Positions 25,919-33,847 of a stretch of 49,101 nucleotides of DNA are shown in pieces (position 1 is the first letter of the stretch; each line of letters begins with the position of its first letter). A program made the position numbers and the translations under genes. A model generated the notes under the pieces. It did no database searches, was not told where the DNA came from, and saw only the letters and a list, made by a program, of their open reading frames with translations. This DNA comes from a virus: UHGV virus genome UHGV-0209788; one strand, 5' to 3'.

Positions 25919-25944
25919 AAAAAAAAGGCCGCATCTCTGCGACC
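25919..25944 (-). terminator. Rho-independent terminator downstream of cI
   Basis: Hairpin GGTCGCA-gaga-TGCGGCC with a T8 run on the minus strand. Confidence 0.55.
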
Positions 25945-25958
25945 CATCAAGCAACCAT

Positions 25959-26600
25959 TCAAACCAGCCGCATCTTCGTCTCTACAGCAACACCGATAAT
26001 TCGACAGTTACCATTCACCGCTACCAATGGCCACTGTGGATTTAAACCCTTCAGGTACTTCTGCGCACCGTCGATCACTAACTTCTTAAATGTTGCCTCG
26101 TTCGAATCGGATAGCTTTGCTATTACCAGACTGCCGTTGATTGCCTCGCGCCCAGTATCGAAGAGGACAAAGGTTCCTTCTGGGATGCTAAGACCCACCG
26201 GTGCTGTCATTGAGTCACCATCAACCTGCAGCCAGAACGCCTCCCCCTGAATGTGAGCATCTGATTCAAGCCAAAGGTCGATATCTTTAAGGGTGTACGG
26301 CTCAACAGCTTCGCACCATGCTCCTGCCTGCACCTTGCTTATAACTGGGTATTTATCACCTGGCTTGTAAGGGCCTTTGTAGTCATCGCCAAAAAGCAGC
26401 TCGGCAGGCGCAACCCCCAGCGCCTTAGCTATTACAGTTGCATCATCAACGCTAACGCTCCTGGTGCCTGATTCGTAATTCCCTATGCGTGACTGCGAGG
26501 CCCACCCGCAAAGCTCTGCGAGAGCCTTTTGTGACAGCCCTTTATCTTCGCGAAGTCGCTTAATGCGGCCCGCTATATCTTCGATTCTATTCATTCTCAT
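25959..26600 (-). CDS. cI: CI-type prophage repressor (HTH_XRE plus S24 LexA-like peptidase)
   Basis: N-terminal HTH (LSQKALAELCGWASQSRIGNYESG). C-terminal S24 domain with GDSM serine and conserved Lys (ATFKKL). The start codon is essentially leaderless relative to the OR region, as for lambda pRM. Confidence 0.9.
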   Translation of the reverse strand: MRMNRIEDIAGRIKRLREDKGLSQKALAELCGWASQSRIGNYESGTRSVSVDDATVIAKALGVAPAELLFGDDYKGPYKPGDKYPVISKVQAGAWCEAVEPYTLKDIDLWLESDAHIQGEAFWLQVDGDSMTAPVGLSIPEGTFVLFDTGREAINGSLVIAKLSDSNEATFKKLVIDGAQKYLKGLNPQWPLVAVNGNCRIIGVAVETKMRLV

Positions 26601-26606
26601 TTTGTA

Positions 26607-26671
26607 TCACGCGCCGTGTTAAAAAGCTTTACACGAATTGTGTTGATTAATAATCACGAATTGTGTTTAAT
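26607..26671. promoter_or_regulatory. OR operator cluster with pR (and divergent pRM)
   Basis: Three near-palindromic sites: tCACGCGCCGTGt (26607-26619), aCACGAATTGTGt (26631-26643), tCACGAATTGTGt (26654-26666). pR has -35 TTGATT (26643-26648), a 17-nt spacer containing site 3, and -10 TTTAAT (26666-26671). Confidence 0.7.
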
Positions 26672-26703
26672 GATGCTGGGTGACCATTCTTGAAAGGATC
26701 AGC

Positions 26704-26919
26704 ATGAACAATATCGCCAACGAACGTAAGAAGCTTGGCATCACTCAATCAGAGTTAGCAGGTTCGTGCGGCTGGAACCAGTCCCGCCTTGCTAACTATG
26801 AAGCTGGCATACGAGCACCAGACCTGGATTCGTGCCGCCGCCTGGTTGACGCGATGAATAAGCTGGGGAGCAATACATCTCTCGATGCGTTGTTCCCACC
26901 AAAAAATAATGCCGCCTGA
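26704..26919 (+). CDS. cro: Cro-like HTH_XRE repressor
   Basis: ERKKLGITQSELAGSCGWNQSRLANYEAG HTH. AAGGA RBS. Divergent from cI across OR. Confidence 0.8.
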   Translation: MNNIANERKKLGITQSELAGSCGWNQSRLANYEAGIRAPDLDSCRRLVDAMNKLGSNTSLDALFPPKNNAA

Positions 26920-26949
26920 TTGGCGGCCCTAACCACGAAAGGGAAAGCA

Positions 26950-27495
26950 ATGCATTCACTTGCGTATCAACAAGGTAACAAATTTTCGCCAACGGCGATG
27001 ATTTACCAGAATCGCCGGGAGCCTGATTCCTCGGTGTTAAATATCGATGGGATCCGTGCAGCTGTTCGCGCCTGGGCAGCTGATTGCCGCAGTCGTGAAT
27101 TTGTCGCAGCGCTGATTGTTGAGGAGTGGCGAGCCACTGGCGGCACCGGTCTGGATATCCCCGCCGACTCGCACCGCCAGATGCAGAAGGTGTTCCGCTG
27201 GATTGATGGCGACACCGAATACGCCGCCAACAACATTCGCCAGCTGGCCCCGGCAATCATGGCCGTCCTGCCGCTGGAGTATCGAAACCGCCTGGCGCCA
27301 CAGAACGACACGATGTCGCTGATCGCATCCGCAATGAAAGAGTGTGCCGAAGCAAAGCAGGCCGTGCTGCTGGACGCTCCAGAGCATCAGAAGCTGAAAG
27401 AGGTAAGCGAGGGCATAGCGTCGCTGTTCCGCCTCATGCCGGAGCAGGTAGGGCCGTTGATGACTATGGTCACTTCGATGCTGGGGGTTATGTGA
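26950..27495 (+). CDS. CII-like regulator (YdaT/CP76-like by position and size)
   Basis: Immediately follows cro. About 180 aa. Start at ATG 26950, since the track ORF begins with TTG. Family assignment by synteny only. Confidence 0.45.
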   Translation: MHSLAYQQGNKFSPTAMIYQNRREPDSSVLNIDGIRAAVRAWAADCRSREFVAALIVEEWRATGGTGLDIPADSHRQMQKVFRWIDGDTEYAANNIRQLAPAIMAVLPLEYRNRLAPQNDTMSLIASAMKECAEAKQAVLLDAPEHQKLKEVSEGIASLFRLMPEQVGPLMTMVTSMLGVM

Positions 27496-27580
27496 GAACT
27501 ACAGAAATGGCGAAAGCCGCTCTGCGCGAACAGAACCGACTTTCTGGTGGAATTAATTGGATCAATTCACAGAGGCAATT

Positions 27581-28273
27581 ATGCATCTCGAGCCATTAAC
27601 AAAGCAAGTCGGCGTATTGAAGACTATGGATGTTCCAGCCGACTTCAGAATGGAAGGGTGGGTATACGTGTTAAGCAATCCATGTATGCCTGGCATCTAC
27701 AAAATTGGAATGACCACAACAAGCCCGGAAGTTCGAGCGCGAGAACTTTCATCAGCTACTGGTGTTCCTGCTCCATTCAAGGTTGAAGCGGCTTTCTACA
27801 GCCATTCTCCGCTCGAAGCTGAAAAAGAGATTCATGATGCTTTGTCGGAGTGGAGAGTAAACGAGTCTCGCGAATTTTTTCAGCTTGATTTGAAAGAAAT
27901 TATTCATGCGTGCTCTTGCAGCTGTGAATGCCAGGTCGGTGAAAAAGCTGAATATATAGCTATTTACCACGACTTCATCATTTTTGAGAGCCTCAGCAAA
28001 ATCAATATACCTGAACTTTTTAATGAGATTGGGATTAGCGTCTTCGGCGACAAGCTTGCAGCTGCTGAGCGATTAATTCGAATCGGTGCGGAAACTATTT
28101 TCAATATCCGCAGAACAAGCGGCGTTGTTATCGCTGTGCACGATTCAAATGCGTATGCGATCGAACCGGCTGATGAACAGGCGCTAAAAGAAGCCATGAA
28201 TGAATATCAGGCTTATAGAGAAGAGCTTGATAGACGTGGAATTTACGGCCCAGAACAACCAGTGGAGTTTTAA
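27581..28273 (+). CDS. T5orf172 (GIY-YIG-like) domain protein
   Basis: EGWVYVLSNPCMPGIYKIGMTTTSPEVRARELSSATGVPAPFKVEAAF...EAEKEIHDALSEWRVNESREFF matches the T5orf172 pattern. Somewhat AT-rich insertion between the cII-like and replication genes. C-terminal ~110 aa unassigned. Confidence 0.7.
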   Translation: MHLEPLTKQVGVLKTMDVPADFRMEGWVYVLSNPCMPGIYKIGMTTTSPEVRARELSSATGVPAPFKVEAAFYSHSPLEAEKEIHDALSEWRVNESREFFQLDLKEIIHACSCSCECQVGEKAEYIAIYHDFIIFESLSKINIPELFNEIGISVFGDKLAAAERLIRIGAETIFNIRRTSGVVIAVHDSNAYAIEPADEQALKEAMNEYQAYREELDRRGIYGPEQPVEF

Positions 28274-29137
28274 ATGGCCAGATCGCGAAATATCAAACCC
28301 GGCTTTTTCACGAACGACGAGCTTGCAGAATGTCAGCCGCTGGCGCGCATTCTCTTCGCTGGTCTGTGGACTATCGCCGATAAAGAGGGTCGCTTGGATG
28401 ACCGCCCTAAGAAAATTAAAGCCATGGTGCTGCCTTTTGATGATGTCGATTGTGACGCTTTGTTGCAGCAGCTGCATCAGCACAAATTCATCCATCGTTA
28501 CCAGGTAAAAGGCGATTCCTACATTCAGGTTTCTAACTGGAAAAAGCACCAGAACCCGCACTGCAAAGAAGCGGAAAGTGAGATACCAGAACCGTATCAG
28601 AACCAAAATGGCACCGAACAAGAACAGTGCAATTCAGATGCAAAAGAGGAAAAGGAAGAAGAGGGAAAGCCTCAAGTAATTGAAAATAATGAAGCACAAG
28701 AAAAGCACGGTGTTAGTAAGGTGCAAGAACAGGTTAAGAACAGTTTAAATCCTGCTGATTCCCTTAACCTGATTCCTGATTCCCCTATCCCTGATCCGGA
28801 TTCCTTGGTTAACACCCAAGCCGCTGACGCGTCTTGCGAAGAGGCCAATGCAGATATTCATGAAATATCGAGTCGGTACGCATTCGAGGGCCAGATCGTA
28901 CGGCTGAACCACAAGGACTACCAGGCATGGTTAAGCCTGTACCCGCTGATAGACCTGAATTACGAGCTTCAGAAGCTGGATATCGAGTTCACTCATGAGA
29001 AGCCAAAAAATTGGTTTATCACTGCCAGCCAGAAGCTGAGTTATCAGAACAAGCAAGCGGCAGTGCGCGGCAAACCAGCCGCTAAGACGGATCTGGACTT
29101 CAACAACACTGACTGGGCCTATGAGGTGATGCGATGA
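28274..29137 (+). CDS. Replication initiation protein (lambda O functional position; YdaU/DUF1376-like N-terminus)
   Basis: MARSRNIKPGFFTNDELAECQPLARILFAGLWTIADKEGRLDD N-terminal motif. Followed by a translationally coupled P-like gene. Contains an internal repeat tract. Confidence 0.6.
   Translation: MARSRNIKPGFFTNDELAECQPLARILFAGLWTIADKEGRLDDRPKKIKAMVLPFDDVDCDALLQQLHQHKFIHRYQVKGDSYIQVSNWKKHQNPHCKEAESEIPEPYQNQNGTEQEQCNSDAKEEKEEEGKPQVIENNEAQEKHGVSKVQEQVKNSLNPADSLNLIPDSPIPDPDSLVNTQAADASCEEANADIHEISSRYAFEGQIVRLNHKDYQAWLSLYPLIDLNYELQKLDIEFTHEKPKNWFITASQKLSYQNKQAAVRGKPAAKTDLDFNNTDWAYEVMR
28754..28806 (+). repeat. Iteron-like direct repeats (CTGATYCC x4-5, about 10-bp period) inside the initiator gene; candidate ori
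   Basis: gctgattccc / cctgattcc / tgattcccc / ccctgatcc / ggattcc. Lambda ori lies within O. Confidence 0.4.
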
Positions 29138-29823
29138 AATCTCTTGCAGAGCAGATGCTTAACCACGACCGCGAGCAGATGAGCCGCATGGCCCATAACC
29201 TGCCAGAGCAGTACCAGGAGCGCGCGCCGGTCGAGCAGGTGGCGCAGGTATTCAACAAGCTGTTCAACGAGCTGCGCGCCGCGTTCCCGGCCAGCATGGC
29301 GAACTTCCGCACCCAGGACGACCTGAACGAATTCCGTCGTCAGTGGCTGCTGGCGTTCCAGGAGAACGGGATCCACTCAATGGCTCAGGTCGATGCCGGC
29401 ATGCGCATTGCCCGCCGTCAGGAGCGTCCTTTCCTGCCGTCGCCTGGCCAGTTCGTCGCCTGGTGCAAACAGAGTGGCGGCGCGCTGGGAATCACCATTG
29501 ACCAGGTGATCGCCGAATACTGGGACTGGCGTAACCGTTCGTTCGAATTTACCTCCAGTGAGCAATTCCCCTGGTCGCAGCCGGTCATGTACCACATCTG
29601 CGTCGAACTACGTCACCGCAGCGCAGAGCGCCAGTTAACGCATGGGGAGCTGGCACGCGAGGCCGGTGATCTGCTGGACATGTGGGAGAAGCGCGTCACC
29701 GAGGGTAAGCCAGTGCCGCCAGTGCGCCGGGCAATTGCAGCACCTGCTGCTGAGCATGGGCCTACGCCGATCCAGTTACTCCAGGCGAATTACAACCGCA
29801 ACAAGTCGAACGGGATGGTGTGA
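29134..29823 (+). CDS. P: Lambda P-like replicative helicase loader
   Basis: Collinear similarity to the recalled lambda P sequence (MK..A.QM.N.DREQM.R.A.N.PEQY...RPFLPSPGQFVAWC). Confidence 0.9.
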   Translation: MKSLAEQMLNHDREQMSRMAHNLPEQYQERAPVEQVAQVFNKLFNELRAAFPASMANFRTQDDLNEFRRQWLLAFQENGIHSMAQVDAGMRIARRQERPFLPSPGQFVAWCKQSGGALGITIDQVIAEYWDWRNRSFEFTSSEQFPWSQPVMYHICVELRHRSAERQLTHGELAREAGDLLDMWEKRVTEGKPVPPVRRAIAAPAAEHGPTPIQLLQANYNRNKSNGMV

Positions 29824-29824
29824 G

Positions 29825-30397
29825 ATGGACAGCTTAAAACAACGCATCGTTGATTACGTGGCCGCTAACCAGCCTGTTAAGCGCGCTGACCTCATCGTGG
29901 TGATTGGCATCAGTGGTAAGGGTCTCGATCGGGAAATCGCTGCACTGCGCGGCCTGGGGATGATTTTCAGCATGGCTGGCTTTGGCTACTTCACCAGTGA
30001 AGCTGACTATCAGGAGTGGCGAAAAGGTGCTGGTGCTCTCCACCTGAAGAACCGGGCGTTGAATGGCGCATTCAGCAGTGCTGCCGCACGCAGAGTGAGT
30101 GATGAGAGTTATCCGGCGCGGATCGCATCTGTACTGAGTGATGGCAGCAAACTGGGAGCAACTCAAATTGCTGAGGCCATGGGTACCAGTTACCGGAGCA
30201 TCTCCAGCGTTATTTCGGTGATGGTCAACTCTGGCGAACTGAAGTTTGAAGGGCCGAAAGGCCACCGTGTTTATTCGTTGGCACAGGCAAAAAAGAAAGC
30301 AGGTCGCCGTGCTGAGTCGGTGAACGTGATCTGCCAGGAGTGCCGGAACAGTCCGGCGATGAAGCGAATTTTAAGCGTATATGGGGTGAGAGCATGA
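29825..30397 (+). CDS. Hypothetical protein (possible winged-helix repeats)
   Basis: Start ATG 29825 directly after the P stop. The track ORF extension upstream overlaps P. Confidence 0.45.
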   Translation: MDSLKQRIVDYVAANQPVKRADLIVVIGISGKGLDREIAALRGLGMIFSMAGFGYFTSEADYQEWRKGAGALHLKNRALNGAFSSAAARRVSDESYPARIASVLSDGSKLGATQIAEAMGTSYRSISSVISVMVNSGELKFEGPKGHRVYSLAQAKKKAGRRAESVNVICQECRNSPAMKRILSVYGVRA

Positions 30398-30861
30398 AAC
30401 CGAGTTATGAAGAACTGGAGCGCTACGGTCGCCAGGCAGATATCACAATCGAGAATCTGCAGATGCAGGTTGAGAAGTTGGCTGCGGAGAATGCGGGGCT
30501 GAAGGCAGCCTTGCGCCCATCAGATATCCCGAGTGAGTGGACGGACGCATTTGGCGACACTGCAGTAATTGAGCATGACTCAACAGGAGACAATCAGGGG
30601 CATTCAGTCTCATGGTCATGGGTTGGGAATCAGGAAGAGGTTATCAAATCCGTTCTGCTTGCTGTCGATAAAGGCATCGAAACCCCGGCGACAGACGCTT
30701 TCCTGGCTGAAGTGCGGGCTCAGGAGTCTAAGCGAGTATACGAAAGCATTTTGGACAACCCAGCTGTAACTGATATGGAGTCGCTCGTTGATTGGCTTGA
30801 ACAAAACGCCAATGACTCATCGGCGTTCGCCGCCCAGCTTCGCAAAGGAGTGCAGTCATGA
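30394..30861 (+). CDS. Hypothetical coiled-coil protein
   Basis: ATGA-coupled. Predicted coiled coil. Confidence 0.4.
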   Translation: MKPSYEELERYGRQADITIENLQMQVEKLAAENAGLKAALRPSDIPSEWTDAFGDTAVIEHDSTGDNQGHSVSWSWVGNQEEVIKSVLLAVDKGIETPATDAFLAEVRAQESKRVYESILDNPAVTDMESLVDWLEQNANDSSAFAAQLRKGVQS

Positions 30862-31094
30862 GCATCCGTACTGAACATGGATTTGGACCTTCAACTGTAG
30901 AAGTTGAATGGCTTGATGATTGCCCTAAGTGCCACAACGGCAAAGCCAAGGTAACTGGCTGGTCTGTTACCTCAGATTCTTTGTGGTCGGGTGATGAAGC
31001 CGCCTGCTCCAAATGCGGACACAAAGGTGAAATCGATGCTGATGGAGAAAATGCCTGGGTGCAATGGGATGAAGTAAGGGAGGCCGCCCAATGA
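30858..31094 (+). CDS. Small zinc-ribbon protein
   Basis: CPKCHN...CSKCGH motifs. Confidence 0.45.
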   Translation: MSIRTEHGFGPSTVEVEWLDDCPKCHNGKAKVTGWSVTSDSLWSGDEAACSKCGHKGEIDADGENAWVQWDEVREAAQ

Positions 31095-31564
31095 GCAACA
31101 TCGACAAACGCGCATTGCGCGAGGCGGCGGAGAAGGCTACGCCTGGTCGCATCGGAGACAGAATTGATGGCAGTGGCAGTATTAAATATCAGTGCCTCGG
31201 TAACGACGGCTCTTTGGTTCTGCAAACCGACCATAAAAATATGGAGTATGGATTCATTGGTGGAAACAGTGATGCTGATGAGTTGTTCTTCAGGTTGTGT
31301 GACCCCGCCACAGTGCTGGCGCTGCTGGATGAGCTGGAAGCCGCAGAGGAACGCGTGACTGAGCTATCTCAGAAGGCTGATATCTACGACATGTTGCGAC
31401 AAGACTATGGGCTTCAGGGCTCACTGGTTGATTTTGTTGATTGGCAGGCAAAACGGATTGCTGAGTATCAGGAGCTTATCAGTGGATTGGTCGGTGTCTC
31501 ATCTTCCATTCTGCGCGAGGTTGAGCGCATAAATAACGCCGCCGCAGCCGGTAAAGGAGTGTGA
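31091..31564 (+). CDS. Ead/Ea22-like protein
   Basis: MSNIDKRALREAAEKATPG N-terminus is typical of ead/Ea22-like nin-region proteins (recalled). Confidence 0.45.
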   Translation: MSNIDKRALREAAEKATPGRIGDRIDGSGSIKYQCLGNDGSLVLQTDHKNMEYGFIGGNSDADELFFRLCDPATVLALLDELEAAEERVTELSQKADIYDMLRQDYGLQGSLVDFVDWQAKRIAEYQELISGLVGVSSSILREVERINNAAAAGKGV

Positions 31565-31566
31565 AC

Positions 31567-31695
31567 ATGTTTAGTTCAGGTGATTTTAATACGGCAATTA
31601 TCGTTTTCGCACTCGTCTGCGCTGTAGCGGGTTGGTGCGTTATTGAATTCTTACTCTGGCTGTTTTCTTTCATTCACATTTCATTTGGCGGCTAA
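31567..31695 (+). CDS. Small hydrophobic protein (42 aa, single TM)
   Basis: MFSSGDFNTAIIVFALVCAVAGWCVIEFLLWLF. Tightly packed between neighbouring genes. Confidence 0.3.
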   Translation: MFSSGDFNTAIIVFALVCAVAGWCVIEFLLWLFSFIHISFGG

Positions 31696-31698
31696 CCC

Positions 31699-32556
31699 AT
31701 GAGCACTATTACCAAAGAGCAGGCAAAAGACCTCCGCAATGCATTCCAGTGCTGGCAGCAGGACTATGACCCGGCAGAAGACAAAGAGCAGTACGACATG
31801 TTCGGGCTCGGTATGGTGGCCATGGATGCACTGCTGGCATCGCTCGAAGCGGAGGCTGTCGGCTACATCGACGCTGAATATGCCGAGTTCCTCAGGTCAG
31901 GGCATATCGAATCATGCTCTGTGTATGCCGAGGCTGGAGAAGGATGCACTGCTGTGTTCTCCGCTCCTCTAGCGCCGGCCTCTATCCATGATGAAGACCT
32001 GCTTCACATGGCTGCTTCTGCGATAGAAGACCTGCTCAGCAACAAAGACAGGACTGGTGCTGGGGTATGGGCTGACATTCCTGGCAAGTTACGCCGCGCC
32101 GCCATGCTTCAGGGTGCCGAAAACGCCGAGTCGCCCACCACCATGCAGACCGCGCCAGCACTGGATTATTCGCCAAAAATTTCCGAGTCGCCCAGCGGCA
32201 ACTCTCCGGGGATTCCGGATGGTCTGCGCTTGGCGCTCAGCAACGCTGGAATAGCGGCTCCGGAGTCAGATGAAATGCTGGCGGCAACCAGTGAGAAGTA
32301 CATTCAGGAACTGGTTACCTGGGTAAAAGACAGAAAGCCTTTCAGGTCAGCAGTGATTCCAGATGGTTGGGTAGCGGTGCCGGTTGAGCCGACAGAAGAC
32401 ATGATCGTCAATGGGTTCGAATCAGAGCCTGATGAGAGCTTTAGCGACGAGAGAGAATGGGAAGCGTACGACGCTATGAGCGGGTGCCAGCAGGCAGCGC
32501 ACCGGGCGAAACTCTGCTGGGCAGCGATGATAGCGGCAGCGCAAAAAGCTCTATAA
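31699..32556 (+). CDS. Hypothetical protein
   Basis: 285-aa ORF in the ea region with an acidic middle. Confidence 0.4.
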   Translation: MSTITKEQAKDLRNAFQCWQQDYDPAEDKEQYDMFGLGMVAMDALLASLEAEAVGYIDAEYAEFLRSGHIESCSVYAEAGEGCTAVFSAPLAPASIHDEDLLHMAASAIEDLLSNKDRTGAGVWADIPGKLRRAAMLQGAENAESPTTMQTAPALDYSPKISESPSGNSPGIPDGLRLALSNAGIAAPESDEMLAATSEKYIQELVTWVKDRKPFRSAVIPDGWVAVPVEPTEDMIVNGFESEPDESFSDEREWEAYDAMSGCQQAAHRAKLCWAAMIAAAQKAL

Positions 32557-32635
32557 CTTGCGTTAAAATAATTACATTGCTAACGCTAATACCCTGATGG
32601 ATATTATCTTCAGGGTATTCTCGTGGGGTATGAAC

Positions 32636-33145
32636 ATGATATGGAAATTGGATGTAATTGACTGGAATGTGATAGCTGCGATCGCTTCTGCAATTGGGGC
32701 GTTTGCCTCAGCTTGGGCGGCGTTTAATAGCAAAACCATCTCGAAAAAAGCACTTCAATTACAACAAAGAACTTTTCTCTATGAAGCGTTAAGGGCTTGC
32801 GCAGACAGGGCAAATTCATCGGCAAAAGGTAAGAGTGGATCGGAATGGAGCGTTAATGACGCTGCTGATATCATCAGATGCTTAGTTAGGGCGATGGAGA
32901 TTATCCAGCAAGATACCCAGCAGAAAGAAAGCAATAAGGCATTGATGCTTAAACAGTACTTTGTAAATCTGCTGATCATGGAGTTATATGAAGAAGTGCA
33001 CAACGGTGATGCTGCTGATTCTGTATTTAAAACCATGGAGCCTGCGAGGGTCATTGATAATTTATGGAGTCAATGGGATGCTGCTGTCGCGTTCTTTGAT
33101 ATTTGGAACTATCCAGTTGCGACTGATGAAGATTTGGCAGACTAA
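32636..33145 (+). CDS. Moron-encoded membrane-anchored protein, unknown function
   Basis: AT-rich. N-terminal TM helix (VIAAIASAIGAFASAWAAF) followed by a soluble domain of about 140 aa. Own terminator. Start at ATG 32636, 7 nt after GGGG. Confidence 0.5.
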   Translation: MIWKLDVIDWNVIAAIASAIGAFASAWAAFNSKTISKKALQLQQRTFLYEALRACADRANSSAKGKSGSEWSVNDAADIIRCLVRAMEIIQQDTQQKESNKALMLKQYFVNLLIMELYEEVHNGDAADSVFKTMEPARVIDNLWSQWDAAVAFFDIWNYPVATDEDLAD

Positions 33146-33187
33146 GTCATACCTTTAGTGATCCATTCGCCGCAGTCTGCCAACAAA

Positions 33188-33210
33188 AGGCCTCTCCGGA
33201 GGCCTTTTTC
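33188..33210 (+). terminator. Rho-independent terminator
   Basis: Hairpin AGGCCTC-tccg-GAGGCCT followed by a T5 run. Confidence 0.65.
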
Positions 33211-33397
33211 TCGCGTTGATTTTGTTGAATCAACCGTCCATACTATCTGTGCTGACGGCCTGAACAACCGTTAGCGACTTCTGCGCATTTAAGGGGACTT
33301 AAATGCGACCACAATCTGAACTAATCACCTTGTCACAGATGCAGAAATGCACCTGCGATTTTCTGCATTCTGCGTTTTGCCTCTGCGGAGGTGGCGT

Positions 33398-33847
33398 ATG
33401 AAGCAGCAATACCACCTCATTAACGAAATCGTTAAGCAGAACGCCATCAACTACATCCGTGAGTTGCCCGTAGACGCCAAACGCCCGCTGGTTCTCGATA
33501 TCAAGGAGATGACCCGCACGCTGGATCAGAACCGAAAAATGTGGCCGCTACTGAAAGACCTCTCTGACCAGGTAACCTGGTTCGGCAATAAGTACGACTC
33601 TGACGACTGGAAAGACCTGATCACTGCGATGGTCGCCAAGGCCAAAAAACAAGAGCAGAGAATGGCGCCCGGACTGGACGGCGGCATTGTGATGTTCGGA
33701 CAACGTACAAGCAAAATGACCGTTCGGCAGATGGTTGAAGTCATTGAGGCTATCTACTGGTTCGGTACACAGCAGGGTGTTAAGTTCAGCGAGAAATCCC
33801 GCCTCGAAATCGAATGGGCCAAGCAGTGGGGTGAATCCCATGCGTAA
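33398..33847 (+). CDS. ninB: NinB recombination protein
   Basis: LDQNRKMWPLLKDLS...QRTSKMTV...GVKFSE resembles lambda NinB (SLDQNRKLWACLGDVS...). GGAGGTG RBS. Confidence 0.85.
   Translation: MKQQYHLINEIVKQNAINYIRELPVDAKRPLVLDIKEMTRTLDQNRKMWPLLKDLSDQVTWFGNKYDSDDWKDLITAMVAKAKKQEQRMAPGLDGGIVMFGQRTSKMTVRQMVEVIEAIYWFGTQQGVKFSEKSRLEIEWAKQWGESHA

Noticed and set aside
27496-27580. nutR (boxA/boxB) between the cII-like gene and the T5orf172 gene
   Set aside because: There is a weak GCTCTG boxA-like hexamer but no convincing boxB stem-loop, which is too ambiguous to call.
29642-29824. 5' extension of ORF 29642-30397 across the end of the P gene
   Set aside because: It overlaps P in another frame for 180 nt. 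ATG 29825 immediately follows the P stop, which is typical translational coupling.
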